64,000 bases of DNA from IMG/VR virus record IMGVR_UViG_2899018882_000006, positions 341-64,340 of that record; one strand, given 5' to 3'. The notes beneath the pieces are model-generated. The model did not search any database, was not told where the DNA came from, and saw nothing but the letters and a program-made list of their open reading frames with translations. The DNA comes from a virus. Both the position numbers and the translations under genes were made by a program. The stretch's first letter is position 1, and each line of letters begins with the position of its first letter. This document shows, piece by piece, positions 38,534 through 46,651 of this stretch.

Positions 38534-39328
38534 ATGAATGCCGCCCTGCCGCTCATTGTGAGCCTGAATTGCGGGTGTTTCTTCCGTGGCCGGTTCCTGA
38601 TCGAGACGCCCGAATGCGAAGAGCATCGCAAGCTCGAAAGCCTCGACGACATCGACGACGAACCCGCCGAGTTCAAGTTCGACCAGTTGTCCGACCGAGC
38701 GAAAGAACGCGCTCGCGACAATTATCGCGAAGGCTACCCCGATCATGACTGGTGGGACTCCGTCTATGACGACGCGGTCACCATCGCCGAAATGATGGGC
38801 ATAGAGATAGATGGCACCGCGCGGCAACCATCAATACAGTTCTCCGGCTTCTGGTCGCAAGGTGACGGCGCGTCGTTTTCAGGGCGCTGGACCCCATTGG
38901 CCGATCCGCTCGCCTCGCTCAACAAGGTGATGGAATACGCGCCACGGGACAAGGAACTGCATTCACTCGCCTTCGATCTGGCGTTGCTCTCCGAAGGATG
39001 CCGCGATCTCATTCCCGATGCCTATGTCCGCGTCACCAACTCTGGATATTATTCACACTCCGGCAGCACGCATTTCGACATTGGCCTGCCGCTCCCCGAC
39101 AACATCGACGAGGACAACGAACTGCAAGTCATGGTCTATGAAGCCTTGCTCAAGGCTCGCGATCTGGACTTCGACTCATTCGAGGACCGCATCAAGGCAA
39201 GCCTGCGCGGATTCATGGACTGGATATACGACCAGCTCGAAGCTGAACATGAATACCTCACGTCCGACCAAGTGGTCGACGAGGCGCTCGCCGACTACAA
39301 CTTCGATGAAGATGGAGAATTGCTATGA
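38534..39328 (+). CDS. Acidic conserved mobile-element protein (FSGFWSQGDGA family)
   Basis: DWWDSVYDD, FSGFWSQGDGASF, IYDQLEAEHEYLTSD, FDEDG. Confidence 0.8.
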   Translation: MNAALPLIVSLNCGCFFRGRFLIETPECEEHRKLESLDDIDDEPAEFKFDQLSDRAKERARDNYREGYPDHDWWDSVYDDAVTIAEMMGIEIDGTARQPSIQFSGFWSQGDGASFSGRWTPLADPLASLNKVMEYAPRDKELHSLAFDLALLSEGCRDLIPDAYVRVTNSGYYSHSGSTHFDIGLPLPDNIDEDNELQVMVYEALLKARDLDFDSFEDRIKASLRGFMDWIYDQLEAEHEYLTSDQVVDEALADYNFDEDGELL

Positions 39329-39537
39329 TAGCCGAGTTCTCAATCTATCTGCGCATCTTTGACGTGCCCACGCTTGTCACCGCCGCACAAGAACGAGCCA
39401 GAAACGAAGGCGTCGACGAGAATGACGTCAAAGAAATGTACAACGAGTCCAACTTGGACAATTGCCTCATCATGTTGCTCGATCCATCCACGCTTCCCGG
39501 TTGCGAAATCCTCGAAAGTAACGCCGAGATTGCCTGA
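39325..39537 (+). CDS. Hypothetical protein
   Basis: ATGA overlap, GGAG RBS. Confidence 0.65.
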   Translation: MIAEFSIYLRIFDVPTLVTAAQERARNEGVDENDVKEMYNESNLDNCLIMLLDPSTLPGCEILESNAEIA

Positions 39538-39573
39538 CACCCCGCCAACTATGGCACCACAACGGAGAATCCC

Positions 39574-40479
39574 GTGAACATCATGACAAATCCTCAATCC
39601 GTTTCCTCGGTCCTCGCCAGCCGTGCGATGATCGTCTCCCTGTCCATCTCGCAATGGTCAGGCCGTCGCCTTGACCGGCAGATCACCGACGAGGTCAACC
39701 AGAACCACGGCGCTGCCGCCGACGCTGGCCGGTACAACAAGCTACTCCTCCCGAAGGAAGCATTGGCGGAAATCGTATCCATCGTCGGCGAAACCCGCTC
39801 GGACTTCCTCAAGCGCACATTGCCTTGGATGGACAATGGCAGCCGCATCATGGCGAGCGATGCATATTTGCAGCATATGTCATGGGTGCGCGGTCAGGTC
39901 GCCAAGTTCGACCGGGCCGTCGACAAATTCCTCGCTGACTACCCGCAATATGTGGCCGATGCCCGTGTCCGCCTGAACGGCATGTTCAAGGACGACGACT
40001 ACCCCGACGCTCACATCTTGCGCAGCAAGTTCGGCGTTGCTTGCAAGGTTCTGCCAGTCCCCACCTCGGAAGACTTCCGCGTCCAGATGTCCGAAGCCCA
40101 GGCAGACCGCATCCGCGAGGAAATCGAGCAGCAAGTCTCCGACGCCACCACGGAAGCGGTGCGCGATGTTTACCGCCGCGTGGCAGACGTCACTGGCCGC
40201 ATGGTCGAAAGGCTCAACAGCTACCGGCCTGCCGTCCACAAGGGTGACAAGACGGAAGGCGTGTTTCGCGACAGCCTTGTCGAGAATGTGCGCGATCTGA
40301 TTAGCGTCATGCCTGCTTTGAATATCACCGGCGACCGCGAGCTTTCCGCCATGGTCGAACGGCTCAAGCCATTGGCCGAGCACGATGCGTCAACCCTGCG
40401 CGATAAGCCGGAGGTCCGCCGCGACGTGGCCGATGAGGCTCAGAAAATCCTCGACAGCGTCTCCGGCTTCTTGGCCTGA
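39574..40479 (+). CDS. Conserved phage protein (DUF3150-like)
   Basis: LSISQWSGRRLD, TLPW, LNGMFKDDDYP, FRDSLVEN, LNITGD; family seen near AAA/vWA pairs. Confidence 0.7.
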   Translation: MNIMTNPQSVSSVLASRAMIVSLSISQWSGRRLDRQITDEVNQNHGAAADAGRYNKLLLPKEALAEIVSIVGETRSDFLKRTLPWMDNGSRIMASDAYLQHMSWVRGQVAKFDRAVDKFLADYPQYVADARVRLNGMFKDDDYPDAHILRSKFGVACKVLPVPTSEDFRVQMSEAQADRIREEIEQQVSDATTEAVRDVYRRVADVTGRMVERLNSYRPAVHKGDKTEGVFRDSLVENVRDLISVMPALNITGDRELSAMVERLKPLAEHDASTLRDKPEVRRDVADEAQKILDSVSGFLA

Positions 40480-40521
40480 GACAAATAGAATTGCAGGAGC
40501 GAGGTGCCCGCTCCTGCATTT

Positions 40522-40666
40522 GGCGTGGCATGGCTTGGCAGGGCGCGGCGGGGCAGGGCAGGCAGGGCATGGCGGGGTGTGGCAGGGCGCGGCTGGGCAA
40601 GGCGCGGCAGGCACGGCATGGCGGGGCGTGGTGAGACTAGGCAAGGCACGGCTAGGCGTGGCAGGC
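40522..40666 (+). repeat. GGY-NN pentamer array 1 (7+9+10 units, GGCA separators); candidate guide-RNA array
   Basis: Parsed by hand; 25 of 26 pentamers start GGC/GGT. Confidence 0.9.
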
Positions 40667-40798
40667 TCCCTCCCAAAAGCCGCCGCTCTCTGAAAAGGGA
40701 GCGGCACCTCAAAGTTCTCCTCTTCACCGGGGAGCCCTTTGAGGTGTCAGAACGGCACTACGAACCCAATGCAATCATGCATCCAAGGAAACATGTTC

Positions 40799-41464
40799 AT
40801 GGCAAAAGCAGCAACCAAAGTCGAAACCGGAATCATTCTTCCTAAGCTCAACATCCAGCTCATGGAAGTGGTGGTCATCGGCGACTCCCCACTCATCGTC
40901 CACGCTTGGTCTGAAAAGGCCAAGAAGGAAATGCTGGACAAGCAGTTGAAGGTAGCGAAGGGCGCTCGTGAAGCGAAAGACCCCGTCGCAGACTTCCAGA
41001 ACACTATGTATCGCTTCGAAGACGGCGGTCACGGCTTCCCGTCCATCGCCTTCAAGGCAGCAGCGGTCACCGCTGGCACGTCCGTTGCGGGACTCACCAA
41101 GATCGCAGCGAGACAGGCGTTTCATATGCTCGGCGAGAACGCCGACATCGCCGGTGCTTTTGATGGGGCGCAGTCCCGCACCAACCTCGTGCGAATCCTT
41201 GGCTCCGAACCACAGATGCGTGAAGACATGGTGCGCGTCGGCATGGGAACGGCAGACATCCGCTACCGTGCAGAGTACCCGGATTGGCACGCAAAACTAC
41301 TCGTTCGCTACAATGCAAACGTGCTGTCCGAAGCACAGATCCTCAACCTCATTAACGTGGCGGGCTTTGCTGTCGGCATCGGTGAATGGCGCCCTGAAAA
41401 GGACGGCAACTACGGCATGTACCATGTTGCAACCGAGAAGGAGCTGAAGGCGCTCGGTGTGTAA
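40799..41464 (+). CDS. Stand-alone Cas7/RAMP-like protein (candidate RNA-guided effector)
   Basis: IGDSPLIVH first strand, FPSIAFKAA, IRYRAEYPDW, and Gly-rich C-terminal GFAVGIGEWRPEKDGNYG parallel RAMP/Csm3-type motifs; flanked by arrays. Confidence 0.7.
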   Translation: MAKAATKVETGIILPKLNIQLMEVVVIGDSPLIVHAWSEKAKKEMLDKQLKVAKGAREAKDPVADFQNTMYRFEDGGHGFPSIAFKAAAVTAGTSVAGLTKIAARQAFHMLGENADIAGAFDGAQSRTNLVRILGSEPQMREDMVRVGMGTADIRYRAEYPDWHAKLLVRYNANVLSEAQILNLINVAGFAVGIGEWRPEKDGNYGMYHVATEKELKALGV

Positions 41465-41514
41465 TCACCGGGCTGGAGCAACACAGGGCCGTGTTGCCAT
41501 CGTGGCCCTGTTTA

Positions 41515-41614
41515 GGCGAGGTATGGCAGGCATGGTACGGCTGGGCGAGGCTAGGCAGGGCTTGGCAGGCGAGGCTTGGCAGGGCTAGGCACGGCAGGTC
41601 TGGGCCAGGCAGGC
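41515..41614 (+). repeat. GGY-NN pentamer array 2 (2+7+8 units)
   Basis: 16 of 17 pentamers start GGY; ends GGCAGGCTTCCC. Confidence 0.9.
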
Positions 41615-41689
41615 TTCCCACCAGCATCCAAGAGGGTAGGTATTCACCAGCCCCATTTCTTTTCAACAACCAACAGAGGAGTAGCTGCA

Positions 41690-42235
41690 ATGGTAAAGAT
41701 TGCTTCCTACGACTTCGCAGAGGGTTCCCGTTTCCAGAAAGGCGCGAATACTTCCGCCCCCGAACTGGTCGGCGAACACCTTGAGACTATCCGCAAGGCG
41801 AAAGACGGTAAGCTCACACCCGACGACGTGGTGGCCGACGCTCGTAATCCCAACTCTCCGCTGCATTCGTTCTTTGAGTGGGACGATTCAGCAGCAGCTC
41901 ATGAGCACCGGCTTCGGCAGGCTCGCCAGCTGATCCGCACGATCGTCGTGCGCTATCAGGAAGTCGAGTCCAAGGAACCGATACGGGCCTATGTCAATGT
42001 CCGCTCCCCCATCAGTGACAAGGGGAATGACCCGGACAGCGATGAACCACGCCAGTATTACACCGACACAGTCGAAGCGCTCTCTGCCCCTGACATGCGA
42101 AGGGCCTTGCTTCTCCGGGCAAAGTCCGAGCTTGACGCTTGGCGCAAGCGATATGCCGACCTCGAAGAATTGTCCATCGTCGTGAGGACCATCACCAAGA
42201 TGTCCGAGAAAGTCGGCGAGCTGGCTGATGCCTGA
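41690..42235 (+). CDS. Conserved hypothetical protein, partner of RAMP-like gene
   Basis: GAGGAG RBS; LTPDDVVADARNPNSPLHSFFEWDD...HRLRQARQLI. Confidence 0.8.
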   Translation: MVKIASYDFAEGSRFQKGANTSAPELVGEHLETIRKAKDGKLTPDDVVADARNPNSPLHSFFEWDDSAAAHEHRLRQARQLIRTIVVRYQEVESKEPIRAYVNVRSPISDKGNDPDSDEPRQYYTDTVEALSAPDMRRALLLRAKSELDAWRKRYADLEELSIVVRTITKMSEKVGELADA

Positions 42236-42251
42236 ACCCAAACAAATAATT

Positions 42252-42430
42252 GGCGTGGTGGGGCAGGCGTGGCGAGGCGGGGCGCGGAGCGGCAGGGCTC
42301 GGCTAGGCAGGGCGAGGCAGGCAAGGCGAGGCCTGGCACGGCTTGGCGGGGCGCGGCGTGGCTCGGCGGGGCACGGCAGGCGAGCCTAGTCGTGTTGTGT
42401 CCAGTCGCGGCTTGTTTCGTTGGGGCAGGC
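42252..42430 (+). repeat. GGY-NN pentamer array 3 (2+10+11 units plus 9 degenerate units)
   Basis: Exact 5-nt phase kept between GGCA separators. Confidence 0.9.
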
Positions 42431-42437
42431 AACCAAC

Positions 42438-42468
42438 GGGGAGTCCTTCGCGGCTCCCCTTTTCTTTT
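42438..42468 (+). terminator. Intrinsic terminator closing the array cassette
   Basis: GGGGAGTC...GGCTCCCC followed by TTTTCTTTT. Confidence 0.75.
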
Positions 42469-42497
42469 CAGCAATCATGCAAACTAAGGAGACGAGC

Positions 42498-42860
42498 ATG
42501 AGTGAACGCAATCACCCATCGCCTGTTCGATTTCTCCTCATCCCGGTACTCGGCGACATCAAAGAGGAACGGTTTACGGTTGCGCGCGCCACGGTAGTTC
42601 CCCGTGCCAAACTATTGGAGCATGTGCGGACGTTCTTCGACGAACCGATAGAGCGCGTGAACGTGCTCTATCGGGGCGAGTACCGCGATATGTTCGTCGG
42701 CGAGACCAGTTCGATCAACGACCGTCACATCCGAAACATCCGGGCGACCGAGATTTACCGCAACAATGTGTTGTCCAATGGGTGGGAACCGTCATTCTCG
42801 AACCTGCCATTTATATGCGGTCCCGCCGTTCTCTTCCCGGACTATCAGGTGTGGAAATAA
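42498..42860 (+). CDS. Hypothetical protein
   Basis: Hairpin motif plus AAGGAG RBS. Confidence 0.75.
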   Translation: MSERNHPSPVRFLLIPVLGDIKEERFTVARATVVPRAKLLEHVRTFFDEPIERVNVLYRGEYRDMFVGETSSINDRHIRNIRATEIYRNNVLSNGWEPSFSNLPFICGPAVLFPDYQVWK

Positions 42861-42891
42861 CCACCCGCAATCATGCGAGAAAGGAAATGCC

Positions 42892-43071
42892 ATGTTCATC
42901 GTAGCTTGGTCCATCAATCACGGCGGCAACAACATCGAAGATCATTGGATCGTCGCCGAGACACGGAAACAGGCAGACGCCGAAGCAGCAAAGCTGCAAA
43001 AGATCGGCAACCTGCATTGTTGGGCGGTATCTGAAATCAAGGCAGGCTCCGAACCACATTGGATAGAGTGA
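42892..43071 (+). CDS. Hypothetical protein
   Basis: Hairpin motif plus AAGGA RBS. Confidence 0.65.
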   Translation: MFIVAWSINHGGNNIEDHWIVAETRKQADAEAAKLQKIGNLHCWAVSEIKAGSEPHWIE

Positions 43072-43075
43072 ACAC

Positions 43076-43468
43076 ATGCCGACCGGCGTAATGTACGGCC
43101 CGTATGCACGACAGATCACAGAATACCACCTGAAATTCTGGTTTGTTCTTGTCCTCGATGACGGTCTGGGAACTCGCCGTTACGAGCTGACCTTCGACCG
43201 CCCGCCGAACACTAGACCAAGAGCACGGTATCGCGGCTACTTCGGTGAAGTGGCTCCGAGATACCGGTCGAACTTCAACAACTACTTACCGCCCAACGAC
43301 CTGTCGCCATACAACCTCACACCTTTCCCACGCTTTGAGCGTGACACGCTCGCTGATGCGATGGCCTCACTTCTGCAAGGTGAAGATCTTGCTGATGCGG
43401 TCAGGCTGTCACGCTTCGGTGGGCTTCCCAACCTCGCCAGATATGGCAAACACGGAGACCTTCTATGA
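43076..43468 (+). CDS. Hypothetical protein
   Basis: In operon; ATGA overlap with ATPase. Confidence 0.6.
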   Translation: MPTGVMYGPYARQITEYHLKFWFVLVLDDGLGTRRYELTFDRPPNTRPRARYRGYFGEVAPRYRSNFNNYLPPNDLSPYNLTPFPRFERDTLADAMASLLQGEDLADAVRLSRFGGLPNLARYGKHGDLL

Positions 43469-44466
43469 ACCTCAAGTCCGCAACGACTCTGCTCAACCAC
43501 TTCATTGACGCCGACATCCCGGCATTCATGTGGGGCCCTCCCGGCGTCGGCAAGTCCGCTTCGCTGCGCCAGATTGTGACCGAGCGCAAATGGGGAATGG
43601 TAGACTTCCGCGCTTCGACCCGTGACTCGGTGGCGTTGATGGGCCTGCCTGATATTTCCGGCGAGACCACCCGCTGGAAAGTGCCGGACGAGTTCCCGCA
43701 GACCGAACGTGACGGTGAGGAAGGCATCTTGTTCCTCGACGAGCTGAACGCCGCACCACCTTCGATGATGGCGGCAATGTTCGGCCTGGTCCTTGACCGC
43801 AAGGTCGGCGACTACGTACTGCCCAAGGGCTGGCGCGTAGTTGCGGCTGGCAATCGTCAGGCTGACCGTGCTGCGGCACAGCGTATGCCTACCGCTCTCG
43901 CTAACCGCTTCGCTCACATCGACGTCGATGCAGATACGAGCGCCGGTCATGACAATGTCCACGTCGAATACTTCAATCAGATCGGCGTTGATCCGCAGCT
44001 CATTGCCTTCCTTCGGTTCCGTCCGGCACTGATCCATTCGATGCCGAAGAATGATGAGCGTGCGTTCCCAACGCCCCGTTCGTGGGAACAGGCGGCGAAG
44101 ATCCTGAATCTTCCGACGGCACTCCGCCTGCAGGGTGTATCCGCTATCGTCGGTGAAGGCGCTGCGGCTGAACTGGAAGGATTCCTTCGTGTTTACCAGA
44201 ACTTGCCTTCGCTAGATCTGGTACTCGCCAATCCGAACAGCGCGCCTATCCCGGAAGACCCGGCGGCTCGCTTTGCAATCTCCGCTGGCCTTGCCCGTAA
44301 GGTTGATGAGCGGTCTTTCGACAACGGCATGGCTTACATGCAGCGCTTGCCTCGTGAGTTCGAGATTATGATGTGCGTCGATGCGGTGCGTCGTGAACCG
44401 AAGCTCAGCCATACGCAGACGTTCACTTCGTGGGCCATGAGAAACCAAGACGTCACTCTAGGCTGA
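43465..44466 (+). CDS. MoxR-like AAA+ ATPase
   Basis: GPPGVGKS, LFLDELN, AAGN, ALANRF, PTPRSW. Confidence 0.92.
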   Translation: MNLKSATTLLNHFIDADIPAFMWGPPGVGKSASLRQIVTERKWGMVDFRASTRDSVALMGLPDISGETTRWKVPDEFPQTERDGEEGILFLDELNAAPPSMMAAMFGLVLDRKVGDYVLPKGWRVVAAGNRQADRAAAQRMPTALANRFAHIDVDADTSAGHDNVHVEYFNQIGVDPQLIAFLRFRPALIHSMPKNDERAFPTPRSWEQAAKILNLPTALRLQGVSAIVGEGAAAELEGFLRVYQNLPSLDLVLANPNSAPIPEDPAARFAISAGLARKVDERSFDNGMAYMQRLPREFEIMMCVDAVRREPKLSHTQTFTSWAMRNQDVTLG

Positions 44467-44470
44467 TGCC

Positions 44471-44803
44471 ATGGCAGAAATCCGCGCCATCTTCGGCCCT
44501 TACAAGACGGAAGAACAGACCTCGCGCATCACTTGGTTCTTCTCCGGCGTCCGAGCGGACGGGGAGTTCACGGCGTGGTCTCTCCGTTTTCAATTCGATA
44601 CGCGGCGCTATACGTGCCGCGTCATCAAGAACAAGCAGGCAGCAAAGTATGCCGCGTCCATAAGTCATAAAGACTTGTTCAGCCTCCCCGAAGCAGCGCG
44701 GTCGGAAGTCAGTTGTGGCCGCGTGACGGACATGCTCAAGGCCAAGCTTTCACCAGAGCAAATCGCTCGGGCTACGGCGCTGGCTATACAATACAGGAGG
44801 TGA
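44471..44803 (+). CDS. Hypothetical protein (paralog A)
   Basis: Similar to next ORF. Confidence 0.7.
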   Translation: MAEIRAIFGPYKTEEQTSRITWFFSGVRADGEFTAWSLRFQFDTRRYTCRVIKNKQAAKYAASISHKDLFSLPEAARSEVSCGRVTDMLKAKLSPEQIARATALAIQYRR

Positions 44804-44805
44804 TG

Positions 44806-45183
44806 ATGGCCATCATTCGCAGGGTCTTCGGTCCCTTCCACCCTGAACACATCCATCCGGGCACGCAGGCTGAGGAGCTGCGATGGCATTTCATCGGCAT
44901 CAAGGACGACAAGACGACAGCACACTGGACATTGGTCTTTGACCCTCGCAAGCGAACTTATCGGGTCAACAACAATACCAGCAGCGGCGGCTTGATTGGC
45001 CGCAGCCGAAAGGCATTGATCGCCCAAAAGATAGATCCGGGTGTCAATTGTGAGACTGCTCACCCCGACGCCTGGCTCGACGACTCTCCAGTCATGGAGG
45101 GCACCATCACCAGCATCCTGAAATCGAAACTCTCACCAGAGGATATTGCCAGGGCGACCGCGCTGGTAATCGCAAGGAGATGA
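44806..45183 (+). CDS. Hypothetical protein (paralog B)
   Basis: AGGAGG RBS; similar to previous ORF. Confidence 0.75.
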   Translation: MAIIRRVFGPFHPEHIHPGTQAEELRWHFIGIKDDKTTAHWTLVFDPRKRTYRVNNNTSSGGLIGRSRKALIAQKIDPGVNCETAHPDAWLDDSPVMEGTITSILKSKLSPEDIARATALVIARR

Positions 45184-45186
45184 ATC

Positions 45187-45480
45187 GTGCTGACTACCGA
45201 CGTCATCATGAACAACTTCAGGAAGAGCGACCACGCTGACAATCGCTGGAGCTTTGCTCCGCTTCCCGAAACCGTTCTCAACACACACCTTTACTACCTT
45301 TCGTTCATCAAGCAGGAGCGGCGGTTCATGCTGTCTCGAAAGCAGATCGTGCCCTTCATCCCGATCGAAGATGACGAACTCCTGCAGGCGTTCAGGGCGA
45401 CACTGCATGCAGACGAAGTGGCTGCGTGCATGAGATCCACTCTCGATCAGGGCGTCGACCCGGATGACATTCCATTCTGA
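45187..45480 (+). CDS. Hypothetical protein
   Basis: AAGGAG RBS; ends DDIPF. Confidence 0.65.
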   Translation: MLTTDVIMNNFRKSDHADNRWSFAPLPETVLNTHLYYLSFIKQERRFMLSRKQIVPFIPIEDDELLQAFRATLHADEVAACMRSTLDQGVDPDDIPF

Positions 45481-45495
45481 TACACGGAGGCCAAC

Positions 45496-46647
45496 ATGAA
45501 AACCGAAGACAAGATCCTCGCCGCTCAGACGGCGCTGCTGTGGGACCACCCATTCTTTGGCGTCCTCATGCTCCAGCTCAAGAAGGTGCAGGTGGATGAC
45601 CCGAAAAAGGTCGATACGATGGCGACCGATGGCCGCCACCTCTACTACCACCCGCCGTTCGTCGACGAGCTGAAGAAAGACGAGCTGGTTTTCGTGCTGG
45701 CCCACGAGGTAATGCACAACGCCTTGGAGCACCACATCCGACGCCAGTCCCGTAAGCCGGGCCGCTGGAACGATGCCTGCGACTACGCCATCAACGGCGA
45801 TCTGGTCGAATGCAAGGTCGGCAAGATGCCGGAGCGCGGCCTGCTCGAGGCCCGCTTCACCGGTCTTTCGGCCGAGGAGATTTACCGTATCCTCGACGAC
45901 GAGAACAACGGCGACGACTCCGCTGAAGGGCAGGGCGATACCGGTGGTTGCGGTGGAACGATGGATGGCTGCGCACAGCACGACGAGGCAGCCAAGGCCG
46001 AGCTGCGTGCCGAGATGCAAACGCAGATCAGGCAGGCTGCCATGACCGCCAAGGCTGCGCAGGCTGGTAAACTTCCGGCTGGCGTGCAGCGTATCATCGA
46101 CGAGCTGCTCATGCCGAAGGTCGACTGGCGGGCTGTTCTCCGCCGCTTCATCGACGAGTCCAGCACCCGTGACTTTTCCTGGGCGAAGCCGAACCGTCGT
46201 CTTCTGCCGCTCGGTCTCGTTACGCCTGGCACTATTGCTGATGGCGTCAGTCACATCGTGATTGCGGTCGACACTTCCGGTTCGATCGATGACGAGATCC
46301 TCCGTGACTTTGCCGCTGAGATTAACGGGGCCTTCGGAGAGGGCGCAGTTGACCGACTCACCGTCATCTATGCCGACGCCACAGTGAACCACGTCGAAGA
46401 GTTTGAGACCGGCGACGAGCTGCGGCTGCATCCTGCTGGCGGTGGCGGTACTGCCTTTAGCGATACTTTCCGGCTCATCAATGCAGAGTACCCGGACGCA
46501 AAGGCCACGATTTACCTCACTGATTTATACGTCGGTGATTTCGGTGATGAGCCTCCGCACCCTGTTCTATGGGGCGTTTACGGTCGCAACCGTGACTTCG
46601 GTTCGCTGTCGGTCCCCTTCGGTGAAGCCATAAATATTTCGGTGTGA
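45496..46647 (+). CDS. HEXXH metallopeptidase-like + vWA domain protein (DUF2201-like)
   Basis: TMATDG, HEVMH, WNDACDYAIN, DTSGS MIDAS, GGGGT, LTD. Confidence 0.9.
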   Translation: MKTEDKILAAQTALLWDHPFFGVLMLQLKKVQVDDPKKVDTMATDGRHLYYHPPFVDELKKDELVFVLAHEVMHNALEHHIRRQSRKPGRWNDACDYAINGDLVECKVGKMPERGLLEARFTGLSAEEIYRILDDENNGDDSAEGQGDTGGCGGTMDGCAQHDEAAKAELRAEMQTQIRQAAMTAKAAQAGKLPAGVQRIIDELLMPKVDWRAVLRRFIDESSTRDFSWAKPNRRLLPLGLVTPGTIADGVSHIVIAVDTSGSIDDEILRDFAAEINGAFGEGAVDRLTVIYADATVNHVEEFETGDELRLHPAGGGGTAFSDTFRLINAEYPDAKATIYLTDLYVGDFGDEPPHPVLWGVYGRNRDFGSLSVPFGEAINISV

Positions 46648-46651
46648 TGAG

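Noticed and set aside
40385..40845. ORFs spanning the arrays (e.g. 40385-40693, 40504-40845, 41491-41784, 42269-42487 and antisense ones)
   Set aside because: Low-complexity Gly/Arg/Ala/Trp translations of stop-poor GGCNN repeats, without a good RBS; the real genes start at 40799 and 41690.
40522..42430. Canonical CRISPR array or simple microsatellite
   Set aside because: There are no 25-45 nt direct repeats with spacers and no cas1/2. The variable positions are non-repeating and phase-locked, unlike slippage repeats.
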